Source of the DNA: Nemertoderma westbladi
Lineage: Eukaryota; Animalia; Xenacoelomorpha
DNA length: 62,400 nucleotides
Direction: 5' to 3'
Assembly (NCBI GenBank): GCA_032718475.1
Contig: JAUCBJ010003718.1
Coordinates: 1 to 62,400, forward strand
Within the stretch, counting starts at the first letter, position 1. Every line of letters starts with the position of its first letter. A program made the position numbers and the translations under genes. The notes beneath the pieces are model-generated. The model made no database searches. It saw only the letters and a list, made by a program, of their open reading frames with translations, and was not told the DNA's origin. Positions 1 to 11,989 of this stretch are shown piece after piece.

Positions 1-128
1 AATTAATATATACCGGTATTAATTAATATATACCGGTATTAATTAATATAATTAATATATACCGGTATTAAATAATATAATTAATATATACCGGTATTAA
101 TTAATATAATTAATATATACCGGTATTT
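1..128. repeat. Short tandem repeat, ~22-bp unit AATTAATATATATACCGGTATT
   Basis: About 5-6 imperfect copies visible directly; runs off the left edge of the window. Confidence 0.85.
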
Positions 129-1069
129 CTAGAGTGAAATACATACAACATTATCTTATAATATAGAGGTAGATTAGACATTAACTGCGTATTATTGTTT
201 TCACGTAGCGGTATATACATCCATTGGTATATATATTTATGGGAAATAACGTTTTTGTTAAGTGTAAACGCTATCATGTCAACAACAAACAGCTGACAAC
301 GACAAAAATGAAACTGTAACCTGTGCTCTTGACTCTTGTTTTGGTTAGAATAGCCTTCCAATGTAACTTGTACCTTTCCCTTAATGAGTAATTAACTCTA
401 ATTTATTAAATAATTTAACTAATTAGATTAGCGTTAATGGTGTAGATGGTATTGTACCAACGCTATACGGTACCATGAGTTACATCAGGTTAACTCCAAT
501 TCATGTAACTCGTGCCGGTATTTGTAATATATCTATCTATATGTACTTTTATGTCAGCCTGTCTGGAAGTTTCCTTGTGTTTTGTTTTCCATATAACATT
601 TCAAACATTTTCTAATTCAAAGCAATTGGTCTACTAACCGATCTCAGTAAATAAAAGTTACATATATTTGCCGTGTTTGTAGTGAAGCTTGCGTGACACT
701 TTGTGATAAAGGGGGAGGGGTCAAAAATCGGGAAAATTAGCGTGACATACTTTATGAAGTTGGCTTATTATACTTAATGATTACTTAATACCGGTACTTG
801 AATGATCCCGTATTAAACACAAACACAACTTACCTAACAATAATATAAAACGATGGGTTTGATAATTCTAAATAATATGGACATTGGTCATGGTCAATAA
901 ACGTGGCTCAAAGCGTTGCAAAATACTTTTTTTTATTTCTTGCCGAACCCCAATATATTATATACCATTGGAATCGTCTTTTTGAGCTCTTTCCAGATCT
1001 GGCCAAAATATATAAATATACTCAAGTCAAGTCTAAAAGTTTTAATGGCGAAATAACGCTAAATGCTAT

Positions 1070-2220
1070 CCAAGGTAAACATGGGTTCAAGGTATACATG
1101 GGTTCAAGGTATACATGGGTTCAAGGTATACATTTTGTGTACCAAGGTATAGATTGGTTAAATTTTCAAGGTATACGTTTTGTTTACCAAGGTAAACGTT
1201 TTGTTTACCAAGGTAAACGTTTTGTGTACCAAGGTATACGTTTTGTGTACCAAGGTATACGTTTTGTGTAGCAAGGCATTCTTCGTTTTGTGTACCAAGG
1301 TACGTTTTGTGTACCAAGGTATAAGTTTTGTGTACCAAGGTATACGTTTTGTGTACCAAGGTATACGTTTTGTTTACCAAGGTAAACGTTTTGAGTACCA
1401 AGGTATACGTTTTGTTTACCAAGGGATACGTTTTGTGTACCAAGGTATACGTTTTGTGTAGTGTACCAAGGTATACGGCATGTGTACCAAGGTATACGTT
1501 TTGTGTAGCTAGGTATACGTTTTGTGTACCAAGATACGTTTTGTGTACCAAGGTATACGTTTTGTGTCCAAGATACGTGTTGTGTAGCAAGGTATTCTTC
1601 GTTTTGTGTACCAAGGTACGTTTTGTGTACCAAGGTATAAGTTTTGTGTACCAAGGTATACGTTTTGTGTATCAAGGTATACGTTTTGTGTACAAGGTAT
1701 ACGTTTTGTGTAACAAGGTATACGTTTTGTGTACCAAGATACGTGTTGTGTAGCGAGGTATTCTTCGTTTTGTGTAACAAGGGATACGTTTTGTGTAGTG
1801 TACCAAGGTATACGGCATGTGTACCAAGGTATACGTTTTGTGTAGTGTACCAAGGTATACGGCATGTGTACCAAGGTATACGTTTTGTGTACAAGGTATA
1901 CGTTTTGTGTACCAAGATACGTTTTGTGTAGCAAGGTATACGTTTTGTGTACCAAGATACGTGTTGTGTAGCAAGGTATTCTTCGTTTTGTGTAACAAGG
2001 TATACGTTTTGTGTACCATGACACGTTTTGTGTAACAAGGTATACGTTTTGTGTACCAAGATACGTTTTGTGTACCAAGGTATATGTTTTGTGTACCAAG
2101 GTATACGTTTTGTGTACCAAGGTATACGTTTTGTGTACCATGACACGTTTTGTGTAACAAGGTATATGTTTTGTGTACCAAGATACGTTCTGTGTACCAA
2201 GGTATATGTTTTGTGTACAC
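1070..2220. repeat. Minisatellite, 21-bp core CCAAGGTATACGTTTTGTGTA with variants
   Basis: Dozens of tandem copies; starts with 17-bp CAAGGTATACATGGGTT units. Explains the overlapping repetitive ORFs at 903-2317. Confidence 0.95.
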
Positions 2221-2825
2221 GTCCGTAACACGAATACCCCCCCCCCCCCCCTGAACGCGTGTCTTTATGAACGCCCCCAAAGTTATTTTGCCAAATCAGA
2301 ATACCGTTATAATTCATTTACCGGTAAATAAATTATAACGGTATTCTGATTTCAAGCCTGGAGATACTTGAGTTAAATACGTGGCACATCACGTACAGTA
2401 ACTAAAGTCCATGTTAGATTGAAATCACTTCACTATAGTATAGTGGGACTGTTAAACGCCTACCGTGTGTTAATTGCATTGTATACCTTGAAAACATTGT
2501 TGAAGCTTGGCGTGTTGCTGTCCCATTGTTTATCACACTGATAAGAGAATACCTTGAACATTATAATATGTATAATGAGCTAAAACTGTCTGCCTTGTTG
2601 GTATAAAAATGTCTACCTTGGAACGAACAAACTCTTTCACTTCCAAGGGATACAAATTCCAAGGGATACCGTCTTTTACCAAGGTATACCAATATACTGC
2701 AGTATCATAGAAATGGGAAGGGCAGCGACAATTTATCTTAGCCAACACAAAGTATCCTTACTGACCAATGACAATATACATTTAAAAAGGACCCGAGATA
2801 TTTACTGTAACCGAATTAATAAAAA

Positions 2826-4403
2826 TTACGCGAAGGTTTCAACTTCTACGGAAGTAAATCCTTCTGTTAGCGTCGCCAGTTCGCGGGGAATATCTGCGAG
2901 GATGGCGGTCAGAGACTTTTGACAACGCAACGCGGTTATTCTAACTGCGGGGTTTGCGGACCAGCAGTCCCGCATGAGTTCCGCCAGTCTCCGCAGGATG
3001 TCGTCCGTCTCCCAATGGGTCGACATGGTTGGTCGACGGCCTTCCACGCAGACTACACGACGCAGCTGCTCGTACGAGGGTTCCGACATTCCGACTAGGT
3101 CCTGGTACGGTTGAATGCAGTCGGAAAATGGCCCGGAGACGGCTCGGGTTCGCTTCGCAATCTCCCAGACAACCAAGCCGAGAGCGTAGACGTCGGCCCG
3201 TCGGTAGGAGTCTATCCCTCGCATGGGGACCCTGTCCAGCACTTCCGGGGCCATGTAGCGACGGGTCCCGGCCCGGTTGTCGTTGTCCGGGATGACCACC
3301 GTGTGAGTGGACAGCTCGTGCACTACCGCCAATCCCAGATCTGCGATACAGCACTCCCGTCCGGAGTCCTTGACCAATACGTTGGTTGACTTGAGATCCC
3401 GATGGGCAATCCCCGGTTTACACTCGGGTATATCCGAGTGGAGATGGGCTAATCCACGGGCGATACTAGCGGCCATGGAGAGAGATACTAGCAAAGAGAG
3501 CGAGTGAGTCTGCAAGTATCCGTAGAGCGAGCCGTTAACATGGTATTCCGTAATCAACCACAACTCAGTTTTGATTCCGGTGTCTTTGAAATCGGCGGCG
3601 ATGAAACCGAGGATGTTTGGATGCCGGATCGTCGTTGTTCCGTAAATCTCTACTTCACGTCGGAAACTCGCCTCGTCTCGAGAGGAGAAAATCTTGACGG
3701 CCACGTCGTTCTCTGCGCGCCAGGAGCCACACCAGACCTCCCCGTAGCGGCCGCGCCCGATTGGGTCCCCCAGTCGGATCTGCCGCGCGATCGTCCGCTG
3801 TAGGAGGAGCGGGAACCCGGATCCGCTGCTGGAGTGAGCCAAGTCGGTCCCGGCGCGAGTAGACGCTGTGTCCTCAGCCGCAGCCGCTAGCAACAGATCG
3901 CTACGTCGTAGTGACGGCCGATCCCGCCAGCGTTTAATAGCGGTACCCGCAGGAAAGCGTACCGGCTTGCCGAATAGTCGGCAACACAAAAGGCCGAGGA
4001 AAATAAAGAGAAACAAACCAGCGATGGGAATAACAATAACTGAAACAAAATATGGTTTATTTGAGATGTCGGTGATTGGAGTAGTTGTAGTGTTACCGGT
4101 AGTAGGTGGTGGTCTGGTTGTAGTCAACTCAACGAAAGGATACTCATTAATATCAATTTCTTCATTGCAATAATCGTATTCGTTGCAACATCTAGTTACC
4201 AGTTTATCAGAGGTAAATGGACAACGCGGATGTTTAATTCCAGCGAAATCAATATAGCAGCCCAGCGATAACTGTACTTGATTGGATTTATTTTTGGCTT
4301 TACGTGAAAAGCAGTAACCATTAGTTGCAGAGTTAACGAGGCACTCCGAAATCTCTCCATTGCAATTACCGTGATTCTCGGGGAAACACTTGCATTTAAT
4401 CAT
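2826..4403 (-). CDS. TGFBR1: TGF-beta/activin type I receptor Ser/Thr kinase (ALK4/5/7, Baboon-like), single uninterrupted ORF, no signal peptide
   Basis: Cys-rich ectodomain ending CCNEYDYCN; TM segment FVSVIVIPIAGLFLFIFLGLLCC; GS box SSSGSGFPLLLQRTIARQI; kinase motifs GRGRYGEV, VAVKIF, HRDLKSTN, DLG, GTRRYMAPE; L45 loop IAADFKDTGIKTELWL resembles ALK5 IAADNKDNGTWTQLWL. Subtype is less certain than family. Confidence 0.92.
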   Translation of the reverse strand: MIKCKCFPENHGNCNGEISECLVNSATNGYCFSRKAKNKSNQVQLSLGCYIDFAGIKHPRCPFTSDKLVTRCCNEYDYCNEEIDINEYPFVELTTTRPPPTTGNTTTTPITDISNKPYFVSVIVIPIAGLFLFIFLGLLCCRLFGKPVRFPAGTAIKRWRDRPSLRRSDLLLAAAAEDTASTRAGTDLAHSSSGSGFPLLLQRTIARQIRLGDPIGRGRYGEVWCGSWRAENDVAVKIFSSRDEASFRREVEIYGTTTIRHPNILGFIAADFKDTGIKTELWLITEYHVNGSLYGYLQTHSLSLLVSLSMAASIARGLAHLHSDIPECKPGIAHRDLKSTNVLVKDSGRECCIADLGLAVVHELSTHTVVIPDNDNRAGTRRYMAPEVLDRVPMRGIDSYRRADVYALGLVVWEIAKRTRAVSGPFSDCIQPYQDLVGMSEPSYEQLRRVVCVEGRRPTMSTHWETDDILRRLAELMRDCWSANPAVRITALRCQKSLTAILADIPRELATLTEGFTSVEVETFA

Positions 4404-5392
4404 ATTTGTTTTCGATTACACTGTCTGACTGTACTGCTGTACGTACAGTAGGCCTACCGTACCTACCCTACAGCTACAACACTGTACTGCGGATAAAAAG
4501 ACAGTCAGACAGTAGGCCTACACCATACACAGCAGTCTGGCAGTAAGACGTTCATACTTCATATCACTCACTCAAGGACTACTATACTAAAGGACAAGGA
4601 CTGGCACAGCAATAATCCTGAATCCGGACCGGACCCCGCTAGCGGCAGAGCGGGGTAGGGTGCATTTCAGTTAGGAACACAACGCCCGATTTTGTCCTTT
4701 TGAACGCCAGAACCAATCGTGCTGCATTTTCCCCATAGACGAACATAGGAAAAAATGAGAACGCTAAGCGCATTTGATACAAAATTGTCGCATTTTAAAA
4801 TTTATACCACTGAATTCCTTGCAAAATATAATGACATTTCGGGTCCTACGAATTACCTAAAAAAACACAATATTACCCAAAAAAACACATAAATTCACAA
4901 AAAAAACTCAAAAACACAAAAAATTACACAAAAATACACAAAAAAACACAAAAAAAAACACAATATTACCCAAAAAAACTACCCAAAAAGACAAAACTTT
5001 TATTCATAAACAACAGAACAATGCTTCTTCTATCTGTCTATAAGATTTAGGTTAACTGTAAGAAAGAGTTTCACTTTTCAGCTTTCGATTTTCACTTTTT
5101 TCAAAATATTTACTTTGTTCATTTGAAGATTAATTTAATGACCTACTGCCGCCGGTAGGCCTACCCAGACTGCCAGACAGCATACAAAACCAGATTTCTT
5201 AATTAATGGAAAGGAGCAGGTTACAGTAGCAGGCTTTTCTAACCAAAACAAACGATAGCCAAATAACACAGGTTACAGTCTAATTTTTTCAACCGGCTGA
5301 TGGTTGGCCTACCTACTGACCTACGGTAACGGTACTGTACTGCTACTTACTGACTTAGCTGATTCGGAGTCGGACATCGTATTGCTTTGCTA

Positions 5393-7141
5393 GGGTAGGA
5401 CTAAAAACCCAAACGGTACGCCAAACGGCTGAACTGTGGAATACGGAGTTCGGACTCATTCATATCACAATCGGTGTGGCGAAAAGATCTGGAAATACAA
5501 TTTACGAAGATTGTGAAGAAAAACGGAAAGAAAATATTTGACTTAAATGCTTAATTAATTAAGTAAAACCTGAATTAATGTTCTGCATGCCTAGATGTGC
5601 TGATATAGGCTGGTACCGGTACAAAGTACTTTCTGTTTCTCAGTATAACTCCATAAATCTGTGTGTAGGTACTGTTTGGGTCAGTTCCAATATTTTGATG
5701 ATAAAATCGTCACAACGGAGGTTATATTTGCCACAACGGGGAAACAATCGCCACAACAGATGTTATAGTTGCCACAACGGAGGAAACAATCGCCACTACG
5801 TGAGGTTATAGTTGCCATAACGGGGGAAACAATCGCCACAACAGATGCTATAGTATAGTTGCCACAACGGAGGATACAATCGCCACAACAAATGCTATAG
5901 TTGCCACAACAGGGGAAACAATCGCCACAACGGATGCTATAGTTGCCACAACGAACAACGAAGGAAACAATCGCCACTACGGGGGTTATAGTTGCCACAA
6001 CGGGGGAAACAAATTGCCACAATGGATGCTATAGTTGCCACAACGAAGGAAACAATCGCCACTACGGGGGTTATAGTTGCCACAATGGGGGAAACAAACG
6101 CCACAACGGATGCTATAGTTGCCACAACGGAGGAAACAATCGCCACTACGGGGGTTATAGTTGCCAAAACGGGGGAAACAATCGCCACAATGGATGCTAT
6201 AGTTGCCACAACGGAGGAAACAATCGCCACTACGGGGGTTATAGTTGCCACAACGGGGGAAACAATCGCCACAACATATGCTATAGTTGCCACAACGGGG
6301 GAAACAATCGCCACAATCAGACAATGGATGCTATAATTGCCACAACGGGGGAAACAATCGCTACAACGGATGCTATAGTTGCCACAATGGAGGAAACAAT
6401 CACCACTACAGAGGTTATAGTTGCCACAACGGGGGAAACAATCGCCACAACATATGCTATAGTTGCCACAACGGGGGAAACAATCGCCACAACGGATGCT
6501 ATAGTTGCCACAACGGAGGAAACAATCGCCACTACGGGGGTTATAGTTTCCACAACGGGGGAAACAATCGCCACAACATATACTATAGTTGCCACAACGG
6601 GGGAAACAATCGCCACAATGGATGCTATAGTTGCCACAACGGGGGAAACAATCGATACAACGGATTCTATAGTTGCCACAACGAAGGAAGCAATCGCCAC
6701 TACAGAGGTTATAGTTGCCACAACGGGGGAAACAATCGCCACAACATATGCTATAGTTGCCACAACGGGGGAAACAATCACCACAACGGATGCTATAGTT
6801 GCCACAACGGAGGAAACAATCGCCACTACGGGGGTTATAGTTGCCACAACAGGGGAAACAATCGCCACAACATATGCTATAGTTGCCACAACGGGGGAAA
6901 CAATCGCCACAATGGATGCTATAGTTGCCACAACGGGGGAAACAATCGATACAACGGATTCTATAGTTGCCACAACGAAGGAAGCAATCGCCACTACAGA
7001 GGTTATAGTTGCCACAACGGGGGAAACAATCGCCACAACATATGCTATAGTTGCCACAATGGGCAGATGGGGAAAACAATATAACCACCGTTTGGGTCCG
7101 TTTGGGTACCTTTTGGGTCCGTTTGGGTTTTTAGTCCTACC
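5393..7141. mobile_element. Non-autonomous MULE-like MITE (inner) carrying a 42-bp satellite
   Basis: Perfect 23-bp TIR GGTAGGACTAAAAACCCAAACGG (5394-5416 and 7119-7141); 9-bp TSD GCTTTGCTA (5384-5392 and 7142-7150). Confidence 0.85.
5700..7070. repeat. 42-bp tandem array ATAGTTGCCACAACGGGGGAAACAATCGCCACAACGGATGCT (~32 units)
   Basis: Direct periodicity; translates as 14-aa repeats in several frames. Confidence 0.95.
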
Positions 7142-8056
7142 GCTTTGCTATGTATGGCCTATTCAATATCTAACCTAACCAAAATACTAAAATCGCACTA
7201 ACCGATACCGAAACACATGGGAACACCAACTGACCAATAACTCAGTTTATACCGGTACCTTTTTATAGAATATAAATTATTTTTGACTTTTTGGTAAGTT
7301 TTTTGGGTAATATTGTGTGTTTTTGTGTTTTTTTGGGTAAATTTTTGTGTTTTTTTGTATTTTTTTTGTGTTTTTTTTTTGTGTATTTTTGGGTAATTTT
7401 GTGTTTTTTTTTGGGTAATTCGTAGGACCGTGCCGTGACATTTCACCTCGTAAGAAAAAAATTGCTTACGGAATGAAAAGTTATCTCACTTTTAAAATAT
7501 TATCAGAATTAGGCCTAATGGAACGCCAAATTATGTCCACAGAAAGAGGAACGCCAGATTATGTCCTTGGAGTGTTTATTGATTGACAGTCAGACAGTAG
7601 GTATCCTGTGCTGAGCGCTGTAATAGGTGCGAGACTGATCTAGGCTAATTATAAAGGGATGGCTTGGCTATGGCTGGGTTGACTATTTGTAAGGTATAAC
7701 TTACTGACGAAGTGTGAAGCGAATTCGTTGTCGAATTGGGTCGGAAGCTGCGGGAATTCTACTGTTCTACGGGAGTAAACCGCAGCGGCCCGGTGACTAC
7801 GGATGGATACTACTGGGATAAGCAGGTATTTCGATCGAGTTTCTCGTATTCTCGATGCTCGAGGCGGATAGAGAGTTGGTTGTGTTGGGCGGTGTTGGGC
7901 GGTGTTGTTCAATTCTATCAAACATATTAAATAATTGGTAAAATACTAAAAACACACCAGATAAAGATACTGAGCTTATGGTAAAGAGATAGGCCGAACT
8001 TACAATTTCCAAATAGATTGTTCATATAATAAATATATTTTTGGTATTTGATTTCA

Positions 8057-8321
8057 AGATAGGGGGGGGGGGGGGGGGGGGGGGGGGGAACTGGACGCAA
8101 TAAAAATTCATCCCTCTCCAGGGGAAATTGGACACAAATAACAACAGCTGATTACTCTTAAAAATAAAACTGTAACCTGTTCTATTGTGTTTACTTTATT
8201 GTTTTGGTTAAAATAACGTGCCACTGTAACCTGCTCCTTTCCCAAAATTTAGAAATTAATATTGAGGCGGGATATTAATTCGCCAAGGGATTTGCGTCCA
8301 GTCCCACCCCCCTCCTATCTC
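8057..8321. mobile_element. Small MULE-like MITE (~265 bp)
   Basis: Inverted ends AGATAGG(G)n..ACTGGACGCAA and TTGCGTCCAGT..CCTATCT; direct repeat TTGATTTCA at 8048-8056 and 8322-8330. Its core resembles sequence at ~300-390, ~5190-5290 and ~58330-58390. Confidence 0.7.
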
Positions 8322-9670
8322 TTGATTTCACTAAAAAATAGAATACATTGCATTTTACTGTTATAATTACTGTATTGAATAAAATAATTAATTTATTGTT
8401 TATTAAACCGTGCTAAGCACGTTGAACTGGAGCTCTAACAATTCCCCACTAGCGGCAGACAGGAACTGTAAAAGTCTCTGTAGAATTTCTAATTAAGCAA
8501 TGCTCTTAGGTAACTACTACTAAATTTCAGATGAATCTGATCGTTGGTTCTATAATTACAGCTATTTTTACGTTTCTGTTAATTCGCCCCCTAGCGGCAG
8601 ACCAGGGAACTGTAGAAGTCTGTCTGTGTGTAGAATTTCTAAATTTTTTTAAAGACTACAAGTGTACCAAGTTTGGTTCCATTTCATCCATGATTGACCG
8701 ACTTATTAGCGTTCAAACATTCCTGCCACGAATAAAAGCTGCAGGAACTCTAGCGATAATTAATTAATTAATTATTAAATACTGTTTCAATTAAATTACT
8801 TACGAAAATCTAGTCATCTTCTTTTAAATATGGACCCTGCATTCGTGGAAAATATAATATTTGATAATTCAGCAGTCAGCCTACGCTAATTTCACAGCAA
8901 AGTCCTTGTCATGGCCTGTGTGTAGTAGGCCATGGTACCACCCTACTACCGGCTGACCGGTGGCAACTAGCACTTCAGCACTTGCACAGCAACAGCACTA
9001 CCGGCGATACACAGGTTGGAATTTATGTAGAGTTTGCTCAACAGTACAGATATAAAATAGTTATCTAAATTATATATATTACTATTGACAAGTATTGAAA
9101 TATATACCGTTATTCATGTTATCAGTATTTGCAACATCTGACATTGAAGAGGTGAGAGAAGATGAATACCGGCACTCAACAAAACCAACGCTTATCACAG
9201 GTCGGTATGGTTACCTCGAAACCGGCGCGACTGTCCACTCGAATACAACTTCAAAACACAAACGCCAACAATAAACTGAAAGCGAATCGAACGTTTTCAG
9301 AAGAATCTGTCATTGGGACGAAGAAAAGGAAGCCGAAACCACGGGAATGGACCACAGCTAAGATTGAATGCTCTCCATTGTCAGAGTTCCTGGACCGAAA
9401 TTGAAACACCAATTGCCGATGGGCTTGATCTCTCAAACCAAAACTTCCTCTGCGGGTTTTGCGCGGCAGTAAAGATTGAAAGTCTGGAAGCTGGCATCCC
9501 TAGGTATTATTATTATAAAGAGCGTCAGCCTGCGTTTAATAAATATATTTTAATACAAAACAGGTCGAACGCAAAGAGGCTTATAATGAAGACGAGTACT
9601 GCATTGATTATATTCCTATAAACCACCTGGCTTTGCATATTGAACGTGCGTTTGGAAATAAGTTCGTGCT

Positions 9671-9890
9671 ACCCTTCCGTGGGTGGTAGATGTCGCGGTT
9701 ATGTATTGGTGGGTGGGAAGGGAGGGGGGGGGGGGGGGGTGCAGATTAAAAGGGGTGAACACGTACTGTCCCCCTTTCTTTGATTAATTGGTGGTGTGGG
9801 TTAATCTCTCATAACCTGATACAGTCGCACAATTTTAATTTGTATCTCATAACTGGGCCTCGTGCTGCGCGAAGGCCCCACGAACGTGTT
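9671..9890 (+). repeat. Dispersed repeat ending in a GC hairpin; inverted copy at 58953..59181
   Basis: ~220-bp match to the reverse complement of 58953-59181, including GGGCCTCGTGCTGCGCGAAGGCCC. Confidence 0.8.
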
Positions 9891-10897
9891 TGCTTGTATT
9901 ACATCAAATAGATGTTGGTTTGACTATTGGCTGATTGGAGTGAGATCCAATGTTGAGCTTTAGTGTATACCCTCCAGGGGCTTTTCCTTTCCTTATGAGG
10001 GGCTTTAACCTTTAAGGCATAATTTGTAACTTGGGTGTAAGGTTAGGCAAAGAAGCAATTAATGGTAATCGGTAACCAATAGTGAGTGCCTGTGCCGTGT
10101 GCCATGTATCTTTGGCCAGATAGATTAATGTTTTCAGTTTTTATTCAGTTTATTTTGTGTGCCATTTTAATGTATAATGTCATAAATTTTAAATTATATT
10201 TTGTGACTACGTTGGCCCACAGCGGCCATACGTAAAAACGTTAATTGCATGACTTCCATTAAAGTATTTACGCGGATTTCTGCAACAATCATGTAAATAA
10301 ATTAATAGATTAATACATTTGGGCAGCTTTGAAGTACACCTTCCAGCCTTCTTATTGAGACCTATATAAATAAAATAATGTGATTAATTATTGTGAATTC
10401 ATTCACAATAATTAACTTAATTAATATAATATAAGTTAATTAATTACCGGTAATTATTAAGTAATTACATATTTCCGGATATAACTGACTGACTGAATAA
10501 GTTAGGTTTGGCTTATGTTGTGCGCGTGCTTCATCCTTCATGTACATCAGAGCTAAAAAGTCTATGCTGGTAAAATGTAAAATAACGATAGCTATGCTCA
10601 ACCCACCTGCCTCCTTCTGCACTGGATAGTGGATACATACTGCCTCTTTAGTTCAAAGGGCAAACGGAATTCATACTGCTACACCGCACACCATCTTAAA
10701 CCAGGCCAGACATTAAGCCAATCAGCCAATAGGTTTCCATTCCACTGCTCCAGGCTACGCTGAGCTGCAGCCAGGCTGTACCCTGTTCCTGTACAGATCT
10801 GCATATCACAGATTAGGCCGCTGTCACTCAAAATACCTACTGTGATAAAAATGGGACGCCCGATTATGTCGGGCAATGCTTCATAAATATGGAACGC

Positions 10898-11047
10898 GGT
10901 GGAGACGTGCTGACTGGCTGATGGCGGCGGAAACGGGAAGTGGGAAGACCGGGGCATTCTGTATCCCGATACTACACTACAGCTGGTCCATGAAACTCTA
11001 CGGTACAAACTCCGAGATGGAAAATCGGTGGGAAATCGGGGGGAAGG
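10898..11047 (+). pseudogene. DDX1: Fragment of DEAD-box helicase DDX1 (Walker A region), disrupted by small insertions
   Basis: Removing 8-bp and 5-bp microduplications gives [31 protein letters not shown], matching DDX1 [31 protein letters not shown]. Confidence 0.8.
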
Positions 11048-11374
11048 ACTGCCGAGATTCGATATTGTCCGTTTCCAATAACCGCCCTTTCAACATCTCT
11101 TTGTTTGGTTCTAACTACATCTATCAAAAGCTTGACAATTTCAGTCACGGGCCGAGGCTTCCAATCGAACGCTTGTTTGAAGACGTGATTTGGCTGATTC
11201 GTTATACAGTATTGTTATCCCAGAATTGATCAACTACACCGGACTGTTTCGGTTCCCATACAGAATTTGATAACATCGGAAGTACTTTACTTCTCATGTA
11301 TTTTTTGAATGTTGCTGGTAGTTTTTTCGATAACAGTATCAGAACGTTTCTGAAACAGTGAAAGGTTATATCAT
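11048..11374 (-). pseudogene. Decayed MULE-type transposase, C-terminal part (left of the CRE insertion)
   Basis: Frameshifted translation ..FKKYMRSKVLP..WDNN / NHVFKQAFDWKPRPVTEIVKLLIDVVRTKQRDVERAVIGNGQYRI resembles the WTNNxxESxNHxxK..W region of animal MULE transposases. Confidence 0.55.
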
Positions 11375-11989
11375 TTTTATACTTAAATGAATACCCTGAA
11401 TCTGTAGAACTAGGAAGTACTAGGAAGAATAGGATAGTACTGAGTGTTGACGTCATGGCTGGCGTCACCACGGTGCAACATACTGATAGGCTGCTACATC
11501 GCAACGTGAACAATCTATCGCCGGATTTTCGAGCGGATTCCCCTACATGGCGCCATCCCAGCGCTGCTGCAAGTGTCGCAGCGGCTCTTGCCGAGGGTGC
11601 AAGTGTGCTTGTGCGGGAGTTCCCTGTTCCTCCTGCAAACCTCTGGAGCAGAACTCGTGCGCGAACAGGCCGAGCTCACCCGATCCAGATAGTCTCGCGA
11701 TGCCCCCGAGGTACAGCGGTTCCGCGGGCCACGGGGTTCTCGACTATCTGGTATCCAACTCCCCCAGATGGAAACCGCATCAAGCCACAGCGGACCTTGC
11801 GCATAACGGCTATGTAACCCCGGAAGTTATAAACTCAACCCTGGAGGAGCTCGACGACCTAATGGACCAGACTCTAACGCCAGGAGAATTCGATCCGGAC
11901 TGCACATTAACCCCGCAAATTGGCGCTGGATCCCCGGCCCCCTCATCGGGTCCCCCAATGTCGGTGTCTTACCAGTCGGGTCCCCCAGT

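Larger units (their letters stand above)
4841..7435. mobile_element. Non-autonomous MULE-like TIR element (outer), containing a second element
   Basis: Inverted ends GGTCCTACGAATTACC.. (4842) and ..GGTAATTCGTAGGACC (to 7429) with ~150-bp A-rich/T-rich arms; 9-bp direct repeat TGACATTTC at 4832-4840 and 7436-7444. The right end has a few extra bases. Confidence 0.72.

Noticed and set aside
903-2317. Many overlapping ORFs with YQGIRFV / VHKTYTL repeats
   Set aside because: Artefacts of a 21-bp satellite that is open in several frames on both strands.
2941-4173. Alternative-frame and antisense ORFs over the receptor gene (similar ones over CRE, gag and ANKRD27)
   Set aside because: Shadow ORFs of GC-rich coding sequence with no recognisable motifs.
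5681-7178. Cys-rich (metallothionein/keratin-like) and Thr-rich (mucin/antifreeze-like) ORFs
   Set aside because: Translations of a 42-bp array inside a MITE; open in nearly all frames, with no unique domains.
9162-9621. Possible PHD-like LINE ORF1 fragment (IECS..FLCGFC)
   Set aside because: Needs a frameshift, similarity is weak, and no associated ORF2 was found.
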